A stretch of DNA of 63,994 nt, filler included, from Reclinomonas americana ATCC 50394 (taxonomy: Eukaryota): assembly GCA_048213135.1 (NCBI GenBank). It is 13 parts of 13 records of this genome, joined end to end, with 100 filler letters (N's around TTAATTAATTAA, not from the genome) between each part and the next. Parts side by side here need not be neighbours in the genome. Positions count along the whole stretch, not along the records: positions 1 to 8,870 come from AFZH01017063.1; positions 8,971 to 11,464 come from AFZH01017067.1; 11 more parts are not named here. One strand, given 5' to 3'. Each line of letters begins with the position of its first letter. The stretch's first letter is position 1. A model generated the notes under the pieces. That model was not told the DNA's origin. It ran no database searches and saw only the letters and a list, made by a program, of their open reading frames with translations. Positions 1-11,564 of the stretch are shown one piece after another. A program made the position numbers and the translations under genes.

Positions 1-95
<95 letters not shown>

Positions 96-500
96 AAAAG
101 GGAAAGGAACAAGAGCGACAGTGAGAGGAAGTGAAGGAAAAGAGAGAAACAAGAGAGAGAGAGAAGATAAACCCGACAGTGAAAGAAAGAGAGAAGGAGG
201 TAAAGGAGGGAAGACAGGGAGACGTGGATGTATGAGAAACAGAGAGCAGGATAAGGGGTAATGAGGGAAGGATAGTGAGTGGGAGGAGAGCAACAGGTGG
301 AGGAAAAGAAAGAAGGGAAGAGACGGAAACGAGGAGAGAATGAGAGACGAAAGTAAATAGATGGTAAAGAGAGAAAGAAGGAAGAGTGGGAAAGTTGGCA
401 TGCATGGAAAGACTCAGAGAAAGACAAGACAGAAGACAAGACAAGGAAGTGAGAGAGTGACAAGGAGCAAGAGAAAACGACACAAGAGACCGACAAAAAC

Positions 501-548
<48 letters not shown>

Positions 549-740
549 AGAAAGGAAAGTAGGGAGGATGGAGAAAACGAGAGGAACGGGAATGAGCGAT
601 GGAGATTGGGGATAACGGAGTAAAGAAAATAAGAGAGACAGAGAGGGAGAAAGTAAGAGGAACGAGTTGAAGGGAATAGAGAGCGAAAACAAAGCAAGAA
701 AATGACAAAGAGAGCAAAACAGGGAGAGAAGGAGGGGGAA
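1..740. repeat. (GA)n microsatellite and purine-rich low-complexity tract
   Basis: Pure GA repeat at 1-90 and about 506-546. Similar (GA)/(CT)/(CA) tracts flank most contig ends. Confidence 0.9.
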
Positions 741-961
741 GGGAGAAGGAGCAACGTACCTTCACCGCCCTCCCTACTCTGCTCCAAAACTAAATCAAGA
801 AGCTGTGCAAACCGAGTTACGAAAAAACCAAACCCGCAGCTCATTCACTTTTGGAAACACACTGCCGCCACCGTCACACCCCATTCTCCAACCTCTTCTT
901 TTTCTCTTCGGTTTTGCCTAACTCACCCACCTCCGCCCCACACCCACCACCCGCATCTACG

Positions 962-2552
962 CTATTCGTCCGTCTCCATTCCCACGTGACCATTGGCACC
1001 GCTCCCTGATGCGCCACCCGCTTCACCGTCACCGTCACCCTGCAGCAACTCGCGTGGGAACATTCCAGTGGCGAGGGCGGTCTCGTATCGCGACATTTCC
1101 TCGGCGGTGTTGGCGTTTTGGATGGCCTCCTGCGAAGAAGGAAAAGGGGGTGGTGAGCAGAGGGAAAAGGGTGGCGGGCGAAGCGAGGGCAATAGGCACA
1201 CAGCCACCGCTCTCTTCCCCAACCACAAACCTCGATTCTCCGAATCTGTGCCCGTGTCAGCTTTGGTGCGTCCAGCGGCAGGAAACCGCCAGACGTGGGA
1301 ATGATTTCACCCGGCACAAATGTCCTCGATGGGCCCTCGTTGCCGCCGTCCGCCGCTGCACCAGCGCCGATCTTGGGCTTGCCAAAGAGGCGCTCTGCTG
1401 CCTCGCGTTCCTGCGAGAGATGAAGAGGGGAAAGAGCGTGAGCGTGAAGGGAGGCAGGGAAGAGAAGGAAAGTGATGGAGAAAAGTAGAAGAGCGAGCGG
1501 GTGTATGCGAGGAGGGAGGGAGGGAGGGAGGGGTAATGGGAGAGGAGGGAGTGAGAGAGAGAGAGAGAAAGAAAGCAAGAGAGGAGAGCAGAGTGCGAGG
1601 TGTGTGGCAGTAAGTGAGTGCGTATCCGTGCATCGTAACTGAGTGAACCCGTGAGAGGGATAGAGCTTGCAACTGAGAGAGAGTGCGCCTGCACCTCTCT
1701 AGCCTGCAACTGCATCTCACCTTTTGCTTCACTTTTGTGAAATCCAGCACGCGCAGCTTCGGCATCCGACTGATGGCGTACAGTCGGTAGTTGACTTGCC
1801 GGGTGACCATGTTGTTGCGCAGACTGACCATCTCCAACTTCGGGAATGTTGACAGTGCTGCAGACAAAGCGCACGTGAGACAAGCGAGCAAAGAGATGAG
1901 CAGTGACACGGGGGAGCCGCACCATCCAGCTCCGCCAACTCGCGAATGTGATTGTTGGTGAGAATGAGCATTCTGAGTTCGGGCAGCTGCTCGCCGCACG
2001 ATGGTGACAGTTTGCTGATGCGATTGTTGGCCAGCATGAGGACCTCCAGTCGTCGGAGGGTGGGGAAGTTGTCGAGCCGGATGACTTCGTTGTCGGAGAG
2101 GTCGATGCAGTTGAATTGGTCCTTGGTGGCGCCGAGGTTTTCAATGGCGGGGATTTTGTTGCCTGGGGGGAGGGGGATGAGGGGGGAAGGGGGGGAAGGG
2201 GGATGAGGGCAGGGGATGCAAGAGAGACAGAAAACAGAGAGTACATGACTCTCAGCAAAGGGAGCGAGAGAGTGTGCATTGAGCAAGCTGCATTGTCGCT
2301 CTGCCACAGCTCTCAAGTGCTTGAGTGCGTGAGAGAGATATACAAGAAGCATGCTTGAAGAGACAACAAGCAACATGCAAACAGACTCACATGACAAGAA
2401 TCACTCACTCTCTCTCTCTCACTCACTCTCTCTCCCTCTCTCTGCTCTGCTCTCTCTCTCTCTCTTTACTCACCTCGCAAGTCCAACTCGCGCAGCTTCA
2501 ACGGGTTGATAAAAGTCGGAGACCGATTCACAAGCTCTGCAGTAAGCCTCAT
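962..2552 (-). CDS. SNRPA1: U2 snRNP protein A' (leucine-rich repeat spliceosomal protein), 5 exons, complete
   Basis: Exons 2552-2474, 2162-1923, 1857-1721, 1410-1231 and 1129-962, all GT-AG and in frame. Product: MRLTAELVNRSPTFINPLKLRELDLRGNKIPAIENLGATKDQFNCIDLSDNEVIRLDNFPTLRRLEVLMLANNRI...YRLYAISRMPKLRVLDFTKVKQKEREAAERLF..., the characteristic U2A' N-terminus and LRR cap. Confidence 0.96.
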
Positions 2553-3117
2553 CTTGCACACTCACAAACACACACACAAACACACAAGACTGCTTGACAA
2601 CAAACACAAAGAGAGAGAGAGAGAGACATGTCAGTCATGGACATCACGCGCACACAAACAAACGAAAATATGCAACTTCTTTTGGGTATCTGCTGCTCGT
2701 GCTGCGCGTGAGTTGCTCGTGCACAGAGAGTTGGTGCACTGAGAGTGAACGAGAGGGCAAGAGAGAAAGTGCGCGGGAATGGGGACAATCACGCGAGGGA
2801 CGCGAGGACACAGCGGAAGCTTTGCGTTCGTTGAGGTGTTGGCACTGGCGTCGCGGAGGGGAGACAGAGAAACGTGCGGCAAAGAGAGTCAGACTGTGTG
2901 CGACGCTGGAACTCGATTCTCGTTTTTACGGCAGAAGAAAACGACAAACTTCACGCACCAAGTGTACAGCAGCGGCTTCAACGCAGCAGCTCAACAGCAT
3001 GACACACCTCGTCTGCCTCTGCAATCGCTGTTTGCAAAGTGCGCAGTGAGAGGTGAAAATATGACGAGTGGGGGGACGCGTCCTTGCACGGGACACGAAC
3101 ACTTTTCTGTGTTGAGA

Positions 3118-3413
3118 ATGGCCTTTGTGCCTGATCCCGATGCGCCGGTCATAGCACTGCCGGTGCTTCCGGTTGCTCCGCAGAGACCGTCTGCTGCTGG
3201 AGCAAGTGGAAAGGCGGTTTTGTCGCTGGATAATGTGTTGGAGGAGGATCGGCGGGAGGCGGACAAGTTTGTGTGTGCAGTGTGTCAGGTGAGTGAGTGT
3301 GAGGGAAGGGAGTGAGTGAGTGAGTGAGTGAGTGAGGGGGAAGGGGCTAGACTGTGGGTTTCATTGAACGCACGCGCGCACACACAGTCGTGCACAGAGT
3401 GACTGAGCGAGCG

Positions 3414-3451
<38 letters not shown>

Positions 3452-6400
3452 AGAGAAGAGCAGAGAGCAGAGAGCAGAGTGTGAGTGAGTGAGTGACTGA
3501 TTGCACTGTCTGTGTTGATGTTTTGGATACGGTTGAACTTGGTCATCAAGACAGCTGTTGCTTGTTTGTTTGTGAATGAATTGTTGTTGTTGTGACCAAG
3601 AGCGTGTCAATCGATGTTGAACTTGAGTTGACATGTTACCCCCAGGATCTGTGTGGCTTGGAGTTCTGTTTGTGTGCGGCTGGCGAGCACACTCTGTGTC
3701 GGTGAGGCAGCGTGTGAGCAGTGATCTTGTGACTTTTGTGATTACATTATTGTTCCGCAGTGAGCATGTTGATCAGCGAGAGCGTGGACTGTGCGGATGC
3801 TGCTCGACGACTGCGGCGTCGGCGCATGAGGCGCCTCCGTTTGTGCGGCGTGCGTTCCGTAACATTCGAGTTGCGTCGCCACAATGCTCGTGTCTTCCTT
3901 GTTGACCACTAATCGTTGCAAAACAGGTCCGCTGTCCGGCTTGCGGTGCTGGCCCGCAAGTTTCGTCCCTCCGTGTCGCTGTTAGATGGCAAGCACACTT
4001 GATTCACTGAGCAAGTGGCATAGGCCATTGGCGAGTTTCATGACTCGCACGACTGTCAGACGCAGTGTCCGCAATGCCACGCGCTGTTTCCGGTCAGCGC
4101 TCTTGTGGAACACGCGTGGAGTTCGTGCGCGGTGCCATGCTTGCGTGCCGATCAAGGATGCCGTGCGCGGCTGCCGCCCTGCGAGATGAGCGCGCATCTC
4201 GAGTTTGTGTGCTTGTTTGCATGTCCGCGACAGTGTGGTGCGGAGTGTGGCTGGTCGCAGCTCCGGCAGCATCTGGGTTAGTGGTGCTGTTGTTTAGTTG
4301 TGCGATGTGAGTGGTTGGGTGACACGTGCGGGTGTGTATTGTTTTCAGATACGCAATGCCGACTGCGGCCGGTGCGCTGTGGCGCCTTTGACCTGGGGTG
4401 TCCGTGGCGCGGCACGGCCGAGAGTCATGCCGATCATGCGCAAGTGTGTCCTCTCGTGACCACGGCTCCCATGTTTCGCCAGGTGTGGCATTCGCGCAAG
4501 CACACCGCACACACTCAGGAGGGTGTAGGAGATGGTGCGAGCTCACGCTGTTGTTGGTCACAGTTGGCGGCGCGACTGGTGCAACTCACCGAGCAAGTCG
4601 CCGTCGAGCGTGCAGTTCGAGAGGAGGTCAGTGTGTTGTTCGCTGGACTACTCTGTTGTGCGAGGTTAACAGTATGCGCGTGTCGTTGTCAGCAAGTGGC
4701 GCAACTCACGGAGCAAGTCGCCGTCGAGCGTGCAACACGTGCGGAGGTCAGTGTGTTTCGCTTGACAGCTCTGTTGTGCACACGAGAATCCAAGTGTATG
4801 TGTGTGCATTACATGTATACAGATATCAGGGCACGTGGTGCACCTGTCACAGCGATTGGTGGAGGAGCGCAACATGCGAGAGCAGGTTAGCGGTGTCGTA
4901 GCGACGCCAGCGATGTCATACCAGCTGTTCACGTATTCGATGTGCAGCTGGTGCACTTTTTGGAGCACCGACTGGGTGAGGAACGTGATGCTCGTGAAGC
5001 GGTAAGTGTGCGTGCGCGGCATCATATGTGTGAGTCAAATGGCGTTGCTGAATCGTTGCGTTTTGTTCCAGCTGGAGCGGCGGTGGACTGCAGATCGCGA
5101 AGCATTCGCTGCAGTTTCGTTGTTTACAGGCTGCATTGTCGCTCTCGATGGTCACTGATGCCTCTCTTGCAGCAACTGCAAGCACTGCACGAGCAATATC
5201 AGCGACAAGAAGCTCGCCTGAGTGATACCCACGAAGCGGTAAGTGTGGATGTGCAGCAACAAGTGCGCCACACGGGCTTGCTGAGCTTTTTTATCTTTAT
5301 GATCTAGCTTGAGCGGCGCGTTGCATCAGTTGCGTTATTGGCTGGCTTACTTCGACAATGATACCAAGGTAACTCATGCGCTTGAGTGTATTGCATCAAT
5401 CGCAGCCGCGAGGCGAACATGTTCAGGTGCAACAACAGTTGCGCTCTATTTCCCGACGTCTTGGTTCTTCTCGATGCTGCTGATTCGTATTACAGGAAGC
5501 TTAATGTCAAAATTCGCGATGCCACGGCCACGGACACTGGTTGGTTCAAGAATTCTCGTTATTCGACACAGCTGCGACTGATCTCTGCGTACTGTGTGTT
5601 GTACAGTTTCAACATCGATTCAAGCCACTGTGCTGGAGCTCAAGACTGGTAGCGAGCGTTATCAACTTGTGATTTTACTCCAATGATCTTATTTGTGTTT
5701 TCCGGAACACGCACACGCGCAGCAATCAAGCAACTTGTTCCACGATATGCTGACGTCGCACACGACGAGATGCGACTGGTGTTTCGTGGCCGTGAGTTGG
5801 CACCTGATGCTGCTGCACTCTTGTCGCTGAATGTCGACAACGATGCAATCATTATGATTGCAAAGCGTGCACGGTAAGCAATGTGCGCCGATTGAAGATC
5901 TGAAGACGTGAAAGGAATGTCTCGTCGTTCTTACTGTTCGTCCCCCCTTGCAGTGCACAGAAGAGAATCGTGGTCAGAGTTCGCGGCGCGCGTTCCGTTG
6001 CGGGTGACGGTTTGTTCATATTATCACAGGCATTAGCATGCTATGATCGAGAATGATGACTTGTAAACCCTGTGCAGTGACCATTGCGCATGATGCAACC
6101 GTGCTGCAGCTTAAGGACGGTAGTTCGCGCATAGTGTCGTACTCTTAGTCAACGGCATTGTGCGCTGTTGCCCTTAACTCGAGATCTAAACTCGCGCAGA
6201 ATGTGCTAGGCAGTTTCCGCCATGCGATCAGCTTTCGCATGACAGCATGCGACTGGTTTTTCGTGGCCGAGAATTGGCACCGGATACTGCCACACTGTCG
6301 TCACTGGGAGTTGAGGACGATGCAAACATTTTGTTTGTTGAGCGGTGAGCTTCTTCTGCTGCCCTGCTACGCGCTAGGTGTTTCATTGCGCATACTCCTT

Positions 6401-7661
6401 TCCGTTCTGCAGTCTGCAAAGGAATACAATTACCGTCAGAATCCGTGAGGGGCCAAATACTAACTCTGGTACATTATTGAGGCCGGACTGCTTTATCATT
6501 TATTGAGATTCTTGAGTTAGATAGATCTTCATTAACTTGTGTCGACGCAGTGACTATTCCGAAAGACGCAACCTTACTGGAGCTGAAGTATGGTATTCCT
6601 GGACTTGGTCAAGTCTCAACATCATTCCGCTGCTTTCAGCTGACTCGTGAGCTGGAACTCGTGCAGAAATCAACCGGCAAATTCCACGACATGCTCAGTT
6701 GCCAACTGACGATATGCGATTGGTGTTTCGTGGCCGCGAACTGGCACCAGATACTGCTACGCTCCGCTCGCTTGGAGTGGAGGAGGATGCAAACATTATG
6801 TTTGTTAAGCGGTGAGCTTCTTCTGCCGCCTTCGTATCACGTGCTTTGTGCAAACTTCTTTCCTTTCGGCAGTGCCCAAAGCAAAAATATTACCGTCAAC
6901 GTCCGCGACATGGCAGCTGTTCACTCTGGTGTGTTGACAGGGCACAGGTTTGTATGTGTTTGCTGCTTCAGTTGGGTTCATTATCGTGTGTCGCCTCGGC
7001 GCAGTGAGTATTCCCAAAGACGGAACTGTAATGGATCTCAAGCATGGTATTTTGCACTCGGATATGAATGGCTATCCGCGCCGACAACTCACGAGCTGCA
7101 ACTCGTTCAGAAATCGCTCGACAAATTCCACGACTTGCTCAGTTGCCACCCGGAGAGATGCGATTGGTGGTTCGTGGCCGCGAACTGGCACCTGATACTG
7201 CTGCACTCTCCTCGCTGGGAGTTGAGGAGGGGGCAAACATTATGTATGTTCAACGGTGAGCACCCTCAATAGACTTTTTCCTGCTCTATGTAGATCTGTA
7301 TCTGAGTACCATTTCCGGCAGCGTCCGCGGCTCCGACCGCCGCTTCAAGACCGATCTACGTCGCCTCGACAAGAGCGTCGCCGCTCGTCTCCGCCACGTT
7401 CACGCCTACACCTACCGCTGGAGGCCCGACACACCCATCCCCGGCACCGCGCCGGGTGTCACCGACTTTGGCGTCATGGCGCAAGACCTGGAAGCCGCGT
7501 TTCCGGAAATCGAGAGGCTGGTTGTCAGTTGCACCGACCGCGACTTCAAGATGGTGGCGTACGACTCGCTGGGACCGCTGCTGATCGACGCCATCAACGA
7601 GCACTCGGAGATGCTGGAGGCGCTGGTGGCGCGGTGCGACGAGTTGGAGAGTGTGGAGTGA
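3118..7661 (+). CDS. Multi-exon RING / TRAF-type Zn-finger / coiled-coil / 4x ubiquitin-like / Peptidase S74 (ICA) protein
   Basis: About 25 short GT-AG exons splice in frame. RING-like: KFVCAVCQDLCGLEFCLCAAGEHTLCREH...LCGCC. Zn fingers: VRCPAC..HDC, CPQC..EHAWSSC, RCGAFDLGCPWRGTAESHADHAQVC. Heptad-rich mini-exons follow, then four UBL repeats with ATxLELK and MRLVFRGRELAPD. The last exon (7322-7661) has SDRRFK, YTYRW, FGVMAQDL and VAYDSLGPLLIDAINE. The start could also be the in-frame ATG at 3061. Confidence 0.85.
5496..7255 (+). repeat. Four tandem three-exon cassettes, each encoding a ubiquitin-like (beta-grasp) domain
   Basis: Copies at about 5496-5873, 5954-6344, 6412-6811 and 6873-7255 share atgcga(c/t)tggt..ttcgtggccg.ga..tggcacc.gat.ctgc and have identical intron positions and phases. 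Confidence 0.88.
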
Positions 7662-7946
7662 GCAGTCGGCACAGTTTGGTGGTGGAGGTCTTGGAAATGC
7701 ATGCTGTGTAAAGTTGTTGTTTTACGCACCTCTCTTCACGTGTGCTATAAGCGGAGAGATCAGTGTGTGGTGACACCGCTGAAACCTACAGACGGATTTG
7801 GTTCAGCATATATTTGAGGGGAGGGCGCACACCGTATCGGTATATTCAGAGATGTAAGGCTGCTCGCTGGGTGATGAGCTGAAGGTGTGTCGGATGTTGT
7901 TGGAGTTGGTATTGATGTTGTCGGCGATCGATGTGTTGTGGCACGA

Positions 7947-8812
7947 CTAGAAGCCAGTGAAGCGTTTGAACACGGTTTCGCCCTTGACGCATACGGTGCC
8001 GCTGATGCAGGACTTGTAGGCATCCAAGAGTCCATCGCACTGAGGCGCCCAGTGCTGCCCGTCGCATCCGGACATGAAGGGGGAACACTCTTGAATCCGA
8101 ATGGTGACGTTGACCACACACTGGTTGTACAACTGTTCAAGCTGTTGGCGCTGATGGTTCTCCATATAATATGCGAGCGCGAGAGCGGCGAGGAAGCCAG
8201 TCACGCCAGCATGACCAAATGAAGCCGCTGTCTTGAGTGCACCAACCGACACCTGCATATGCATACAGCAGCAGTAAACATCCCAGTGGAGTGGACATGT
8301 ATAAGCAAGTCACTCACTGCGGCACTGCCGTAGGTAGAAAGGGAATCACTCCCACCGTCCTGTGACAATCACATGTTCAGCAAACATCTGCAGATCTAGA
8401 TCTGTGAATACAGGAATCGAACAAAATGACATTTGCATGTCGACACGAAGCGCACATCCAAGAAACATGCGCAATGAGAAAAGTTCTCGCACCCGCCTTT
8501 CAGTCATGCGATTCTCTTCTTGGTGCCACAAGAACTCATGAACAAGCGCGGATGCACATCCTGCGCATGCACTGTGCGCGCGCATCGCGCGCAGCGGTGC
8601 ACGTTTTCGTACCTTCAACAGCAGTTCGGACCCTTTGACCTGCGCGTTGACATCGCCAGCAGAGATTGCCATCAGCAACAACGAAGCAATGCATATAGTT
8701 GACAGATCCAACTGAGCACAAAGCGAACATGTGCGTGCGTGTGCACAGCGAGATCAGAACTAGTAATACAACACAGCAGCTTGACAAGGCGACAAAAACT
8801 CACATATCGCAT
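7947..8812 (-). CDS. Hypothetical small protein with signal-peptide-like N-terminus and Cys-rich C-terminus
   Basis: Tentative splice gives MRY|LDLSTICIASLLLMAISAGDVNAQVKGSELLLK|...|VSVGALKTAASFGHAGVTGFLAALALAYYMENHQRQQLEQLYNQCVVN...CSPFMSGCDGQHWAPQCDGLLDAYKSCISGTVCVKGETVFKRFTGF*. Internal exon boundaries are uncertain. Confidence 0.4.
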
Positions 8813-8870
8813 GTTTTGATGATGTTTCGCAGTTCCAGACAACTTGCGCTCAGCGAAATGAGAGAAAGAA

Positions 8871-8970
8871 NNNNNNNNNNNNNNNNNNNNNNNNNNNNNN
8901 NNNNNNNNNNNNNNTTAATTAATTAANNNNNNNNNNNNNNNNNNNNNNNNNNNNNNNNNNNNNNNNNNNN
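8871..8970. other. Assembly gap with six-frame stop linker (first of 12)
   Basis: 44 N + TTAATTAATTAA + 44 N. The same structure starts at 11465, 14929, 17456, 35320, 38937, 41421, 47270, 56672, 57963, 60417 and 62865. Confidence 0.99.
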
Positions 8971-9092
<122 letters not shown>

Positions 9093-9142
9093 TCCCTCTC
9101 CCTCTCCCGTCCCCTCTATACTAACCGCTTTTCCCTCCACAG

Positions 9143-11389
9143 GCATCATGGAGCTCGGCCCGAACGCCCTTCGCGACTCGTACCTGCAAGACTTTGCCTA
9201 CCTGATCACGCTCGACCCGGAGGAGCACGTGACCAACTTCAAGAACAACGACCCGCCGCTCACCGATTTCCACTCGGAGATTTTCAAGTTCAAGGAGGCC
9301 GCCCGCCGCATCCAGAAGCGCTCCGACGACATTGTGCTCTTCCAGTGCATTGCCGTCGACTGCACCGACATGAAGATTCTGCTGCAGGTTCGACTTGTGC
9401 TTCTCCCTGCAATAGTCAAAGTTTTCTCTCACACGCGATTCCTCCCTCCACAGAACAAGGCCGAGCACGTGGCCTCGCTGCTGCTGCAGGTCGTCGAGGA
9501 GCAGACGCACGTGCTGATGAACGAGGTGTGCAAGGCATACGCGTTCATCTTCAAGAAGATGGAGGGCATTCCGAAGAACGCCGAGGCCATGTTTGAGCTG
9601 CGGCGTTACCTGGACGAGCGCGCACAGGAGCTGCAGCGCCTGCAGGAGAATATCCAGATTGGAAGGGTTTGTCGATTCATGCTTTCTTGCTTTTTGATCG
9701 GCCTGTGTGCACTCACGTCACTTTCTCTTTCCCTGCGTGTAGGACAAGGTGGATCTGCTGGAGCATTTCCGACAGCTGCTGAATCAGCCCGACACCAAGA
9801 CGTTCTGGACGATGGTGTGGTGGCCGAGCAAGCTGTCGGAGCTGCAGGACCGCACCGAGATGCGTCTTGCCAACGACCATCGCAAGTTCCTCGAGCAGCT
9901 GAAGCGCGACCAGGCCGAGCTCACCGAGGCCTTTGACCACTTTGACGAGCGCGTGCAGGCGCTGAAGAACCTCGGCGACCTCGACCAGGTGTCGGAGAAC
10001 GCCAACTTGATTCGCACCATGATGGCCGAGTTGGAGGAGTTCAACAAGAGCGCGCAGCTGTACAAGCAGCGCGAGACTCTGTTCGGTCTCAAGCAGACGC
10101 AGTACACCAAGCTCAACGAACTCAAGGGCAACTTTGATCCGTTGCGTCGCCACACCGCACCACACCACACTTTGTAGTGTGGGCTCACCCTTTCACCGCA
10201 GATTCAAGAACCTGTGGCTGATCTCCGACGAGTTCATTCGCCAGTACCCTGAGTGGATGGAGGGCTCGCTGAAGGGTCTGGACGGCGAGAAGATCAAGGA
10301 CGACGTCACTGAGTGGAAGAAGGTGATGGGTCAGCTTGTGCACAAGCTGGACGGTCTGCCCGGCCCGAAGGCAGTGGCCGACAAGGTGTACAACGACGTT
10401 GCGTCACGACGACCACTTCGAAAGGAGAATGAGAGAGAACAGAGAGTGGAGAGAGAATGGGACTCTCATCCCTTTTCTTTTCGCTCTTTCACTGTTCCGA
10501 TGATTGCTCACTCCTATGCGTGTGCAGATCGAGACTTTCCGCCCGTACGTGCCGATTATTATCGCTCTCACCAACAAGGGCCTCAAGAGCCGCCATTGGG
10601 ATGAGATCTACTCTGTGTTGTCCATCACCGAGGCCGAGGACAAGGAGGAGCTGACGTTGACGGGTCTGCTCAAGTTCGACTTGGAGAAGAACCTGCAGCA
10701 GGTGTGTTTGCATGGTCGCCTCGTGCTGTGTGTTTCCATTGACTGACCCTTTCCCCGTGTCTGTCTGCTCAGGTGCAAGACATTAGCGAGCGTGCCTCGA
10801 AGGAGTGGAACCTGGAGAAGGCACTGGACAAGATGATGTCCGAGTGGCGCTCCATTAACTTTGAACTGGGTCCGCTCAAGGACACGCACATTTTGCGCGA
10901 GGTCGATCTCGTGCAGCAGGTGCTCGACGACCACATTGTCAAGACGCAGGTTTGTGTGACACATTATCTCTCTCCCACCACATCCATCGTTTTCTCACTT
11001 CTGCGTTCAACCCATCCAGGGCATGCGTGGCTCGCCGTTTGTCAAGCCGTTCGAGGACCGTGTGATCACATGGGACCAGAAGCTGCTCAGCGTGCAAGAC
11101 ATTTTGGACGAGTGGCTGCGCTGCCAGGTATTGTCAAAGAAAGAGAGAGACAGAGAAATAGGAAGAGAGAGTTTTCGTGTGTGTGTGTGTGTGTTCTTTG
11201 CCTGCTTGTTGATTTCCTTCCCCTCTTTTTCTTTGTAGGTGACGTACATGTATCTGGAGCCGATTTTCTCGTCGGACGACATTATGAAGCAGCTGCCGGT
11301 GGAGGGCAAGGCCTTCCAGGAGGTGGATGTGTTCTGGCGCAACACCATGGCTCTGGCCATCAAGAACCCTCTTGTGTTGTCCATTTGCG
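9143..11389 (+). CDS. DNAH: Axonemal dynein heavy chain, tail/linker region (partial, multi-exon)
   Basis: Spliced exons give ALTNKGLKSRHWDEI, ISERASKEWNLEKALDKMMSEW, LDDHIVKTQGMRGSPFVKPFE, WLRCQVTYMYLEPIFSSDDIMKQLPVEGKAFQEVD, which are hallmark DHC N2/linker motifs. Confidence 0.93.
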
Positions 11390-11564
11390 GTGAGTTTTTC
11401 CGCCTCCCCCGCTCTGGCTCACAATCCCCCCACTCACCTCCGCTTTCCCTCAATAACAGCCACANNNNNNNNNNNNNNNNNNNNNNNNNNNNNNNNNNNN
11501 NNNNNNNNTTAATTAATTAANNNNNNNNNNNNNNNNNNNNNNNNNNNNNNNNNNNNNNNNNNNN

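Noticed and set aside
3960..5175. Apparent GC-AG introns or in-frame stops suggesting non-canonical splicing or a variant genetic code
   Set aside because: Alternative GT donors and AG acceptors (gtttcg...catag at 3960-4023; gtttcg at about 5114) restore the frame with canonical ends and the standard code.
5496..7255. Ordinary polyubiquitin gene
   Set aside because: The units are highly divergent from ubiquitin, lack internal GG sites and are embedded in a RING/S74 fusion.
8915..8926. Recurrent palindromic TTAATTAATTAA as a biological repeat or array
   Set aside because: Always centred in 44+44 N; it is an artificial six-frame stop linker.
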